NCBI GenBank assembly: GCA_046075855.1
Contig: JBJTQX010000099.1
Span: 35-64,034, forward strand
From: Actinomycetes bacterium
Lineage (GTDB): Bacteria; Actinomycetota; Acidimicrobiia; IMCC26256
DNA: 64,000 bases
Reading direction: 5' to 3'
Shown here: positions 19,885-28,895 of the stretch, piece after piece
Position numbering within the stretch: the stretch's first letter is position 1
How the letters are laid out: each line of letters begins with the position of its first letter
Program-made: the position numbers and the translations under genes
The notes under the pieces: model-generated
Databases searched by the model: none
Told to the model about the DNA's origin: nothing
Seen by the model: the letters and a program-made list of their open reading frames with translations, nothing else

Positions 19885-20187
19885 ATGAAGCGTCTCACCC
19901 TCTCCGTCGCTGCGGCGGCGCTCTCGCTCGGCTCGCTCGGCGCCATCGCCGCACCGGCCGGCGCCTCCGGCCACAGCACCGGCCAGGCCTGCCAGAAGAC
20001 CGGCATGGCCACCGTGAAGAGCCTCGGCGTGTTCCCGGCCGTCGCCAAGAGCGGCATCGACGCGGGCACCGCGAAGGCTCTCGGCGTGCGCGGCATCGCC
20101 GACGTCCCGGACTCGACGATCTTCACCCTCCCGCAGGTCCTCGAGCTGCACCGCACCAACCCCGAGCTCTTCCCCTGGTGCGACTGA
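19885..20187 (+). CDS. Small secreted hypothetical protein (100 aa, two Cys)
   Basis: AAGGAG RBS, signal peptide MKRLTLSVAAAALSLG..AGA, GC3-rich codons, downstream hairpin. Confidence 0.8.
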   Translation: MKRLTLSVAAAALSLGSLGAIAAPAGASGHSTGQACQKTGMATVKSLGVFPAVAKSGIDAGTAKALGVRGIADVPDSTIFTLPQVLELHRTNPELFPWCD

Positions 20188-20189
20188 TC

Positions 20190-20216
20190 CCGTCGGCCGT
20201 GTGATGCGGCCGACGG
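20190..20216. terminator. Hairpin between convergent genes
   Basis: CCGTCGGCCG-N7-CGGCCGACGG. Confidence 0.55.
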
Positions 20217-20276
20217 TGACCGACGAGCGGCCCCCGGATCCCCCCGTCCGGGGGCCCCGTCGCGTCCGGAGCCGGT

Positions 20277-21368
20277 TCAGGCGGTCGGGTCGGCGAGGAC
20301 CTTGGCGAGGGTGACCGCGCGACCCTCGGCGATCGACCGGTGCGCGGCCACGCCCACCGCGACCGAACGCAACCCGTCGACCACCCCGACGTCGGGTGCC
20401 CGGCCGGCCCGGATCGCGGCGAGCAGGTCGAGGTGCTCGAGGAACGAGGAACCGTGGTGGAACCCCTCGTAGGCCACACGGTCATCGTGCACCGTCTCGG
20501 TCGCGACCCCGGGCCGCCCACCCGATCGGGACCCGATACGCACCTCGCTGCTCGGGAGGAACGCCTCGACCTTGCCGGTGCTGCCGACCACCGAGAGCTC
20601 CTCCTGGTGCTCGCTGCCCTCGGCGAACATGCAGAGGTCGAGCATGGCCCGGCTGCCGTCGTCGTAGTCGACGATGACGAACGCGTTGTCGAGGATGTCC
20701 GGGGCCTCACCGTCGTACCGTTCGTCGAGGTGGTTGACGTCCTGGGCCCCCGATGCCATGACCCGGACCGGCTCCGCCTGCGTGATGTGGTTCATGAGGT
20801 CGAAGAAGTGGCAGCACTTCTCGACGAGGGTGCCGCCGGTGTTCCGGTTGAACCGGTTCCAGTCGCCGACCTTCGGCAGGAACGGGAAGCGGTGCTCGCG
20901 GATCGCGACCATGCGCACGTCCCCGACGGCCCCGCGGTGGACCGCATCGATGAGGCGGGCCACCGGCGGCATGTACCGGTACTCCAGACCGACCCACACG
21001 ATCGCCGACCGGCCGGCGGCCGCGGCGACGATGCGTCGGCAGTCAGCCAGGGTCGTGCACATCGGCTTCTCCACGAGCACGTGCAGATCCGTGGTGAGCA
21101 CGTCGTCGAGGATCGCCGCGTGGGTCATGTTCGGCGATGCCACCACCACTGCGTCGCACAGACCGGACTCGATGAGGGCCCCGTGGTGCTCGAAGCAGGT
21201 GAGGTCGTCGCCCACCTCGTCGGCCAACGCCACTGCCCAGTCCCGGGACGGCGCGTGCGGATCGGCGACCGCGGTCACCACGGCCCCGTCGATCGCCTGC
21301 AGGTTGCGGAGGTGCTCGAGGCCCATCATCCCCGAACCGATGATCCCGTACCTGACGACCTCGCCCAT
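20277..21368 (-). CDS. Gfo/Idh/MocA-fold protein, probable NAD+-dependent sulfoquinovosidase (GH188/SqgA-like)
   Basis: GSGMMG, EKP, EYRY, EHRFPFLPKVGDWNRF, EKCCHFFD, HHG; adjacent to SmoB/SmoC-like genes. Confidence 0.75.
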   Translation of the reverse strand: MGEVVRYGIIGSGMMGLEHLRNLQAIDGAVVTAVADPHAPSRDWAVALADEVGDDLTCFEHHGALIESGLCDAVVVASPNMTHAAILDDVLTTDLHVLVEKPMCTTLADCRRIVAAAAGRSAIVWVGLEYRYMPPVARLIDAVHRGAVGDVRMVAIREHRFPFLPKVGDWNRFNRNTGGTLVEKCCHFFDLMNHITQAEPVRVMASGAQDVNHLDERYDGEAPDILDNAFVIVDYDDGSRAMLDLCMFAEGSEHQEELSVVGSTGKVEAFLPSSEVRIGSRSGGRPGVATETVHDDRVAYEGFHHGSSFLEHLDLLAAIRAGRAPDVGVVDGLRSVAVGVAAHRSIAEGRAVTLAKVLADPTA

Positions 21369-21375
21369 CGCCGCG

Positions 21376-21382
21376 TAGGTTA
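21376..21382. promoter_or_regulatory. Overlapping back-to-back -10 elements (bidirectional promoter)
   Basis: TAGGTT on + (21376-21381) and TAACCT on - (21382-21377) in a 23-bp gap between divergent ATGs. Confidence 0.55.
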
Positions 21383-21391
21383 CGGCCCCGC

Positions 21392-22315
21392 ATGACCCTC
21401 GGCACCCTCGTCTCCACCACGCCGCGCCGACTCGGCCCGTCGGACCTCGTCGTCGGCCCCATCGGGTTCGGGACGTGGCGGCTCACCGGCTCCGACGTGC
21501 GCGCGGCCGGGTACCTCCTCGATGCGGCGATCGACGCAGTGCCGGAGGGCGCCCGGCTGCTCGTCGACGTGGCCGACGTCTACGGACTCGACTGGGGCGG
21601 TTCCGGGTTCGGCACGGTCGAGTCCCACCTCGGCGCGGTGCTGGCGGCCGTCCCCGCGCGCCGGGCGCGCATCGTGCTCGCGACGAAGGGCGGCATCGTG
21701 CCCCCGCTCCCCTACGACTCGAGCGCCGCGACCCTGCGCGCCGCCTGCGACGCGTCGCGACGGCGTCTCGGCACGGAGACCATCGACCTCTACCAGGTGC
21801 ACCGTCCCGATCTGCTCACCCACCCGGCCGAGGTCGCGGGAACCCTCGACGCCCTCGTGGCCGCCGGGGTCGTACGTGCGATCGGCGTCTCGAACCACAC
21901 GCCGGCCCAGCAGGAGGCGCTCGCCGCTCACCTCACGGTGCCGCTCGCGACGACACAACCCGAGTGGTCCGTGGCCCACCTCGCGCCGATGCGCGACGGC
22001 ACCCTCGACCTGGCGATGCGCGTCGGCACGACCCCGCTCGCCTGGAGTCCGCTCGCCGGTGGACGGGTGGCGAGCGGGGACGGCCTCCGACCCGAACTCC
22101 TCGCGACGCTCGACGAGTTGGCGGCCCGGGAGGGCGTCGACCGCAGCACCGTGGCGGTCGCGTTCCTCCTCGCGCACCCGGCGGCCGCGGTCGTGATCCT
22201 CGGCACGCAACGGCCGGAACGCTTCACCGACCTCGCGGCGCGCGCTGCGATCCGGCTCGACCGTGCCGACTGCTACCGCATCGTCGCGGACTCAGAGGGG
22301 GTGCCGCTGCCGTGA
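21392..22315 (+). CDS. Aldo/keto reductase, SmoB (6-oxo-glucose reductase)-like
   Basis: GTWR, DVADVYG, TKGG, HRPD, GVSN, AWSPLAGG; GTGA overlap with the LLM gene. Confidence 0.8.
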   Translation: MTLGTLVSTTPRRLGPSDLVVGPIGFGTWRLTGSDVRAAGYLLDAAIDAVPEGARLLVDVADVYGLDWGGSGFGTVESHLGAVLAAVPARRARIVLATKGGIVPPLPYDSSAATLRAACDASRRRLGTETIDLYQVHRPDLLTHPAEVAGTLDALVAAGVVRAIGVSNHTPAQQEALAAHLTVPLATTQPEWSVAHLAPMRDGTLDLAMRVGTTPLAWSPLAGGRVASGDGLRPELLATLDELAAREGVDRSTVAVAFLLAHPAAAVVILGTQRPERFTDLAARAAIRLDRADCYRIVADSEGVPLP

Positions 22316-23382
22316 GCTCGCCGGTCGAGGTCTCGTGGTTCGGCGCGCTCTGCGACGACGACTACGCGCAGCTCGGCGTCGTCGACCCGGCGCGCCGGTC
22401 CTCCTGGTCGCACTGCCGGGACATCGCGCTCACCGCGGATCGCCACGGCTTCGACAACCTGCTCCTGCCGTCGGGCTACACCCTCGGCATCGACGGGACC
22501 GCGTTCGCCGGTGGGCTCGCGCCGCTGCTCGAGCGGCTCCACCTCCTGCTCGCCGTGCGCTGCGGCGAGCTCTGGGTGCCGCAGCTCGCCCGTCAGATCG
22601 CGACCCTCGACCAGATGCTCGACGGCCGGCTCACCGTGAACATCATCTCGAGCGACCTCCCCGGCGAGACGCTGCCGAGCGGACCGCGGTACCGGCGCAC
22701 CCTCGAGACGATGGTGGCGCTGCGCACCATCCTCGAAGGCGAGCCCCTCGCGCTCCACGGCGAGTTCGTCGACCTCGAGGTCGAGCCACCCCGCGTGCGC
22801 ACCACCGACGGACGCTGCCCGCCCCTCTACTTCGGCGGGTTGTCGGAGGACGCGCGCGAGACCGCGGCGGCCGGAGCCGACGTCTACCTCATGTGGCCCG
22901 ACACCCTCCCCGCCGTGGCCGCCACCATCGAGGACCTGCGCGCCCGCGCCACCCGCCACGGTCGCACCCTGCGCTTCGGCTACCGGGTGCACGTCATCGT
23001 CCGCGAGACCGAGGCCGAGGCGCGCGCCGCGGCCGCGCACCTCGTGGCCGCGCTCGACGACGAGGAGGGGCGACGGATCCGCGAACGGTCGCTCGACAGC
23101 GGGTCGGCCGGGGTGCGACGCCAGGCCGAGCTGCGCGACGCGGCGACCGACGACGGCTTCGTCGAGGACCACCTCTGGACGGGCATCGGGCGGGCCCGCT
23201 CCGGGTGCGGGGCCGCGATCGTCGGCGACCCGGACCAGGTCCTGGCCAAGCTGGAGGCCTACCGGGACCTCGGCATCGAGGCGTTCATCCTCTCGGGCTA
23301 CCCGCACCGCGAGGAGGCCGAGCGGTTCGCTCGACTCGTGCTCCCCCACCTCGACCACGCACCGCTCCGGCCGCGTCACTGA
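22312..23382 (+). CDS. LLM flavin-dependent monooxygenase, sulfoquinovose monooxygenase SmoC-like
   Basis: EVSWFGALCDDDY, RCGE, NIISSD, YLMWPD, HLWTGIGRARSGCGAAIVG, SGYPH resemble the SmoC motifs as recalled. Confidence 0.8.
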   Translation: MSSPVEVSWFGALCDDDYAQLGVVDPARRSSWSHCRDIALTADRHGFDNLLLPSGYTLGIDGTAFAGGLAPLLERLHLLLAVRCGELWVPQLARQIATLDQMLDGRLTVNIISSDLPGETLPSGPRYRRTLETMVALRTILEGEPLALHGEFVDLEVEPPRVRTTDGRCPPLYFGGLSEDARETAAAGADVYLMWPDTLPAVAATIEDLRARATRHGRTLRFGYRVHVIVRETEAEARAAAAHLVAALDDEEGRRIRERSLDSGSAGVRRQAELRDAATDDGFVEDHLWTGIGRARSGCGAAIVGDPDQVLAKLEAYRDLGIEAFILSGYPHREEAERFARLVLPHLDHAPLRPRH

Positions 23383-23473
23383 CGCCGCGCGCCCCCGACA
23401 GCGCCGCGCGGGCGGTGCGCGGGCTACCGTGCGCCCGCGGCGCGACCGGCGCCCCCACCCCCGGAGGATCGAC

Positions 23474-24922
23474 GTGGCGGACTACCAGGAGCTCTTCATC
23501 GGCGGCGAGTGGGTCGCCCCGGCCGGCCAGGGCCGGATCGAGGTCATCTCGCCGATCACCGAGGAGGTGTACGGGACGGTTCCCGACGCGGCCGAGGCCG
23601 ACGTGGACCGTGCGGTGGCCGCGGCCCGACGCGCGTTCGACGAGGGTCCGTGGCCGCGCATGGCCCCCGAGGCCCGGGCGGACGCCATCGCCCGCCTCTC
23701 GGCCGAGCTGCAGGCCCGCTCCATGGACATCGCGGACACCATCACGAACGAGAACGGTTCGGTGAAGTCGTTCTCGCTCATGGGGCAGGTCTTCGCGTCG
23801 ACCATGGTGCTCGACAAGTACGCGGAGATCGCCCGCACCTACGAGTTCGAGAACCGGCGCATGGGCGCGCTCGGCGGCGACGTGCGGGTCCGTCGGGCCC
23901 CGGTCGGCGTGGTCGCCGGCATCATCCCCTGGAACGTGCCCCTCTACATCACGGCCATGAAGCTCGGGCCGGCGATGGCCTCGGGTTCGACCATCGTGCT
24001 GAAGCCCTCCCCCGAGACACCGCTCGACGCCTACCAGTTCGCGGAGGCGGTCATCGCCGCCGGGATCCCCGAGGGCGTCATCAACATCGTCGCCGCGGAC
24101 CGCGCGGTGAGCGAGTACCTCGTGTCCCACCCGCAGGTCGACAAGGTGTCGTTCACCGGGTCGACCGCGGTCGGACGGCGGATCGGTTCGATCTGCGGTG
24201 AGCAGATCAAGCGGTGCACCCTCGAGCTGGGCGGGAAGTCGGCGGCCATCATCCTCGATGACGTCCAGCTCGACGATGCCCTGCTCAGCGAGCTGCTCAT
24301 GTCCGGGCTCATGAACAACGGGCAGGTCTGCGGCGCGCAGTCGCGGATCCTCGTGCCCCGGTCCCGGTACGACGAGATCGTCGACCGCATCGGCGAGGGC
24401 ATGGCCAACATGGTCGTCGGCGACCCGAACGAGGACGCGAGCCAGATCGGTCCGATGGTCGCCCAGCGCCAGCAGGAGCGGGTGAACGGCTACATCGAGA
24501 TCGGCAAGCAGGAGGGCGCGCGCGTGGTGACCGGCGGCGGCCCGGCCCAGTTCGACAAGGGCTGGTTCGTGACGCCGACGCTCTTCGCCGACGCGAACAA
24601 CCAGATGCGCATCGCCCGTGAGGAGATCTTCGGACCGGTGCTCACCGCCATCCCCTACGACACGGAGGCGGAGGCGATCGCGATCGCCAACGACTCCGAC
24701 TACGGGCTGTGCGGTTCGGTGTGGACCTCCGATGTCGAGCACGCGGCCGAGGTGGGCGCGCAGGTTCGCACCGGGGTCGTGGCCGTGAACTCCTCGATGA
24801 TCCTCGACTTCAACAGCCCGTTCGGTGGGTTCAAGCAGTCGGGCATCGGCCGCGAGCTCGGCCCGGAGGGACTCGACCACTTCACCGAGCTGCAGTCGAT
24901 CATCCTGCCCGCCGCCGGCTGA
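23474..24922 (+). CDS. Aldehyde dehydrogenase
   Basis: PWN, FTGS, LELGGKS, GQVC, EEIFGP, FGGFKQSG; GGAGG RBS. Confidence 0.93.
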   Translation: MADYQELFIGGEWVAPAGQGRIEVISPITEEVYGTVPDAAEADVDRAVAAARRAFDEGPWPRMAPEARADAIARLSAELQARSMDIADTITNENGSVKSFSLMGQVFASTMVLDKYAEIARTYEFENRRMGALGGDVRVRRAPVGVVAGIIPWNVPLYITAMKLGPAMASGSTIVLKPSPETPLDAYQFAEAVIAAGIPEGVINIVAADRAVSEYLVSHPQVDKVSFTGSTAVGRRIGSICGEQIKRCTLELGGKSAAIILDDVQLDDALLSELLMSGLMNNGQVCGAQSRILVPRSRYDEIVDRIGEGMANMVVGDPNEDASQIGPMVAQRQQERVNGYIEIGKQEGARVVTGGGPAQFDKGWFVTPTLFADANNQMRIAREEIFGPVLTAIPYDTEAEAIAIANDSDYGLCGSVWTSDVEHAAEVGAQVRTGVVAVNSSMILDFNSPFGGFKQSGIGRELGPEGLDHFTELQSIILPAAG

Positions 24923-24997
24923 TCGCAGCACGCCGCGTGGGTCCGGGATGCCGACGCGCCCCGGACCGCCACCGGTCATGACGCCTAGGGTGTCGTC

Positions 24998-25705
24998 GTG
25001 CACGTGATGGGGCGCCGACACCGTCAACCGTGGCCGGGCATGGGCACCGTGCTCGTGCTGCTCGCGACCTCGGTGATCTGGCACTCCGCGGCGCCCGACA
25101 ACGGGTGGGCCCGAACCGTCGGGGTGGCGATCCAGGGACTCGCGCTGCTCGCGACCCTGCGAATCAGCAACGAGACCCCACGCCTCTTCCGCCTCGCGTC
25201 GGTCCTCGTGCCCCTGGCCATCGTGCTCACGATCATCGGGAACATCGCGGAGGGCGACGCCGGCGAGCTCGTCTCGGGCGTCCTCGGCCTGCTCATCGTG
25301 CTGGCCTGTCCGGTGGCAATCGTCCGCTCCGTGGTGAAGCACCCGACGATCAACCTGCAGACGGTGCTCGCGGCGATCTGCATCTACCTGCTGCTCGGCC
25401 TGCTGTTCGCGTACATCATCGGGGTGGAGGTCGCGATCGTCGGTGGCCACTTCATGGACGGGGTCGGGCCGACCGGTCGCCCGACCAGCGCGGACGTCCT
25501 CTACTTCTCCTTCATCACCCTCACCACGACCGGCTACGGCGACATCACCGCGGCGAACCGCATCGGGCGGACGACCGCGATGGTCGAGGCCATGGTCGGT
25601 CAGCTGTACCTCGTCACCGTGCTCGCCCTCCTCGTGTCGAACCTCGGTCGGACCCGCCGTCCCGCCGAGCCGTCCGAGGTCGGGGACGAGCCGCCGCAGA
25701 CCTGA
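24998..25705 (+). CDS. Potassium channel family protein
   Basis: YFSFITLTTTGYGDI selectivity filter; multiple TMs; start uncertain. Confidence 0.85.
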   Translation: MHVMGRRHRQPWPGMGTVLVLLATSVIWHSAAPDNGWARTVGVAIQGLALLATLRISNETPRLFRLASVLVPLAIVLTIIGNIAEGDAGELVSGVLGLLIVLACPVAIVRSVVKHPTINLQTVLAAICIYLLLGLLFAYIIGVEVAIVGGHFMDGVGPTGRPTSADVLYFSFITLTTTGYGDITAANRIGRTTAMVEAMVGQLYLVTVLALLVSNLGRTRRPAEPSEVGDEPPQT

Positions 25706-25726
25706 CCGCCGACCGGAGGCACACCG

Positions 25727-26824
25727 TTGCGCGCTGCGATCCTCGAGACCCCCGGACAACCCTTCGTGCTCGCCGACGACGTCGAGATCGAGGAACCACG
25801 AGCCGGCGAGGTGCTGGTGCGCGTGTCCCACTGCGGGGTGTGCCACTCCGACCTCAGCATGGTGAACGGCTCGTTCCCCGGCCTCACTCCGGTGATCCTC
25901 GGCCACGAGGCGGCCGGCACCGTGGCCGCGGTCGGCGAGGGCGTGACCACGCTCGCGCCCGGAGACCGGGTCGTGCTGACCCCGACTCCCTCCTGCGGCG
26001 AGTGCTACTGGTGCGTGCGCGACGAGCACAGCCTCTGCGCCGACTCGAGCGCGATCGTGACCTCGTCGTTCCGGGACGGATCGACCCGGCTGTCCCGCGC
26101 TGGAGCCACCGTCTACCGCGGGGTCGGGGTCGGCGCGTTCGCGGAGTACGTGGTGACCCAGGTCGCGGGCGCGGTGAAGGTGCCGGACGACACCCCCCTC
26201 GACGTCGCGTGCGTGATCGGGTGCGCCATGCAGACCGGCGTCGGCGCGGTGCTCAACACCGCCCGGGTCGCACCGGGCGACACGGTCCTGGTCGCCGGGC
26301 TCGGCGGCATCGGACTCGCCGCGGTGCAGGGCGCCCGCATCGCCGGGGCCACGCGGATCATCGCGGCCGACCCGATCGCCGAACGACGAGAGCACGCGGC
26401 CCGCCTCGGCGCGACCGACCTCGTCGACCCAACCACCGAGGACCTCGTCGCGGCGACCCTCGCACGCACCGGCGTCGGCGTCGACCACGCGTTCGAGTGC
26501 GCCGGGCGGGCGGCCCTCGTCGCCACGCTCCTCGCCGCCACCCGCAACGGCGGCGCGACGACCTGCGTCGGCGCACCGGCGCTCGACGAGGCCATCGTGC
26601 TGGATCCGGCGGTGCTGTTCACCGCGAGCGGCAAGCGCCTGCTCGGCTGCCTCCTCGGCAGCGTGAACTCACGTCGCGAGGTGCCGCGCCTGCTCGACCT
26701 GTGGCGACGGGGCCTGCTCGACCTCGAGTCGATGATCACCATGCGCGGGGACCTCGCCGACATCGACCGGGCCTTCGACGACCTCGCCGCGGGCCGCGGT
26801 ATCCGCACCGTCCTCGCCATCTGA
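25727..26824 (+). CDS. Zn-dependent alcohol dehydrogenase (class III-like)
   Basis: CHSD, GHE, CGECYWC..C, GLGGIG. Confidence 0.9.
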   Translation: MRAAILETPGQPFVLADDVEIEEPRAGEVLVRVSHCGVCHSDLSMVNGSFPGLTPVILGHEAAGTVAAVGEGVTTLAPGDRVVLTPTPSCGECYWCVRDEHSLCADSSAIVTSSFRDGSTRLSRAGATVYRGVGVGAFAEYVVTQVAGAVKVPDDTPLDVACVIGCAMQTGVGAVLNTARVAPGDTVLVAGLGGIGLAAVQGARIAGATRIIAADPIAERREHAARLGATDLVDPTTEDLVAATLARTGVGVDHAFECAGRAALVATLLAATRNGGATTCVGAPALDEAIVLDPAVLFTASGKRLLGCLLGSVNSRREVPRLLDLWRRGLLDLESMITMRGDLADIDRAFDDLAAGRGIRTVLAI

Positions 26825-26843
26825 GGCGAGCCGGGGGTCCGGG

Positions 26844-27974
26844 TCAGGGCGCGGTGTCGTGCCCTGACTGCAGGCCGTAGCGGGGGTACGGCCCGAAGAT
26901 GCCGTGCTCGTGCAGGCCGTACCCGACGAGGTCGCCGATCTCGAAGCGGGCCACGTGGTCGACGATCCCGTACCAGGCCCAGGTCTCGAGCTCGGCCATC
27001 GGCCAGGTCTTCGACTCCACCACGAGGTCCCGTCCCCGGTACATCCCGTGGCGGAACTCGTCGCCCACGCCGTACCCGGTGCCCACCGCGATGTAGGAGT
27101 GCATGAGCGGGACCACGCGGACCTCGAAGCCGCCGCCCGGCGCGTCGGGGAACCGCAGGGTGCTCGGGGTCGCGATGAGACGCGTCCCCGGCTCGATCCG
27201 GTGATCGAACTCCGGCCGCCCCAACCACTCGGGGTCCCGGTCCGGGTCGGCCCAGATCCGCACGGCCTCCTCGATCGTCCGGTGCCCGTCGGGCTCCTCC
27301 TGCACGATGTAGAGGATCGAGAAGTCGTCGAACTGCATGGGCGCGTAGTTCCAGAGGCCGACCATCTGCCCGACCTCCTCGCGGATGCCGGTCGGCTCGG
27401 CCTCCCCCACCGGTCGCACCCCCCAGGATCGATCGCGGGTGCCCTTCCAACGGTCGGGGGTCACCGAGAACCGCTCCCCCGCGACCTCGAGCTCGCCCGA
27501 CCAGCACCCGGTCTGCGCGAACCGCACGGTGTCGAAGAGCACGCGTCCGAACTTGCGCACGTACTGCCGGGGCTCCTCGAACGCCGGGATCGCGCCGTCC
27601 CAGGTCAGGTCGCAGGCGATCGCGCGGTCGTCGGCCGGCTCGAGGATGAAGCGGAGACGTCGGAGCGGTTCGACCACCTCGATGCGGAACGGGCCGACCG
27701 AGGTGTCCATGCGGTCCTCGAGCAGACGCGACGCGCGCACCACGTGGTACTCGTCGCCGCGGGTCACGCTCGCGAAGGCATCCTGTGTCCCGAGGTTCGG
27801 GTACTGGCCCATGCCCATGATCATGAACAGCTCGTCGGAGGAGCCATGGAGGTTGAAGTAGTACCGGTCGTAGAAGTTGCGGTCACTCGTGCCCGCGTGG
27901 CGCAGGGTCTCTGCGACCTGGTGCACCGGGAAGTCGTCCCCGGCGGTGAGGGATCCGTGGGCCACGACCGTCAC
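26844..27974 (-). CDS. Conserved actinobacterial hypothetical protein (AttH/tocopherol-cyclase-like beta fold, tentative)
   Basis: DRNFYDRYYFN, RDRSWGVRP, GLHEH; GTGA coupling to the SDR. Confidence 0.7.
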   Translation of the reverse strand: MTVVAHGSLTAGDDFPVHQVAETLRHAGTSDRNFYDRYYFNLHGSSDELFMIMGMGQYPNLGTQDAFASVTRGDEYHVVRASRLLEDRMDTSVGPFRIEVVEPLRRLRFILEPADDRAIACDLTWDGAIPAFEEPRQYVRKFGRVLFDTVRFAQTGCWSGELEVAGERFSVTPDRWKGTRDRSWGVRPVGEAEPTGIREEVGQMVGLWNYAPMQFDDFSILYIVQEEPDGHRTIEEAVRIWADPDRDPEWLGRPEFDHRIEPGTRLIATPSTLRFPDAPGGGFEVRVVPLMHSYIAVGTGYGVGDEFRHGMYRGRDLVVESKTWPMAELETWAWYGIVDHVARFEIGDLVGYGLHEHGIFGPYPRYGLQSGHDTAP

Positions 27975-28822
27975 CCCTCCACGACGACGCCGCGCAGGCC
28001 GTCGTCCCCGAAGACATCGCGGAACACCCCGGAGTAGTCGGGACCGCGCCGGATCGAGTTCCCGCCGTCGACGTTGAGCACCTGCCCGGTGACCCAGGTG
28101 CTCTCGGGACCGATGAGGAAGCGGGCCATCCCCGCGATGTCCTCCGGCGTCCCGACCCGCGAGATCGGCATGCACGCGAGGTAGTCCTCGAGCACCGGCC
28201 CGCCTGCGGTCACGAACCCGACCAGTTCGGTATCCACGAGACCCGGGCGGATCGCGTTCACGCGGACCCCACTCGGGCCGAGCTCGTCGGCCGCCTGCCG
28301 GCAGAGCATGTCGATGCCCGCCTTGGCCGGGCCGTAGCCGCCGAACCAGCGGTGCGTGTTCGAGGCGGCGATCGAGGAGATACCCACGAACGAACCGCCG
28401 CCCGCTGCGACCATTCGGCGCGCCGCATGCTTGAGCACGAGCATCGTGCCCGTCACGTTGAGGTCCAGGGTGCGGCGGAACGCCTCGGCGTCGAGCTGCG
28501 TGACCGGTCCGATCGACTCCGATCCCCCGGCACTCGCCACCACCCCATCGAGCCGACCGGTGGACTCGGTCGCGACGGCGACCGCATGCATCACCGCGTC
28601 CTCGTCGGTCACGTCGGCGACCACCGCACGGACGCTCCCGCCCGCCACCTCGGGTTCGAGCACTCGGCGCGCCTCGGCGAGGCGGGCCTCGCTACGACCG
28701 CAGATGGTGACGTGGGCGCCGTCGCGCACGAAGCGCTGCGCGCAGCCCAGCCCGATGCCGCTGCCCCCTCCGGTCACGAGGACCGCCAACCCCTCGAGGC
28801 CGCCCCGGGGTACCGATGCCAT
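27971..28822 (-). CDS. SDR family oxidoreductase
   Basis: TGGGSGIG, YGPAK, NAIRPG, VDGG. Confidence 0.9.
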   Translation of the reverse strand: MASVPRGGLEGLAVLVTGGGSGIGLGCAQRFVRDGAHVTICGRSEARLAEARRVLEPEVAGGSVRAVVADVTDEDAVMHAVAVATESTGRLDGVVASAGGSESIGPVTQLDAEAFRRTLDLNVTGTMLVLKHAARRMVAAGGGSFVGISSIAASNTHRWFGGYGPAKAGIDMLCRQAADELGPSGVRVNAIRPGLVDTELVGFVTAGGPVLEDYLACMPISRVGTPEDIAGMARFLIGPESTWVTGQVLNVDGGNSIRRGPDYSGVFRDVFGDDGLRGVVVEG

Positions 28823-28895
28823 GCGCGCTCCGCTCGATCGGGGCCGCGGACCGCGGCCGACGCCGCGCGGACTCTACGCGGCGGCGCGCCGACCG

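Noticed and set aside
23285-26488. 1067-aa minus-strand ORF and many other long overlapping ORFs in the track
   Set aside because: Antisense or out-of-frame shadows of real genes, caused by stop-codon scarcity at high GC; no motifs
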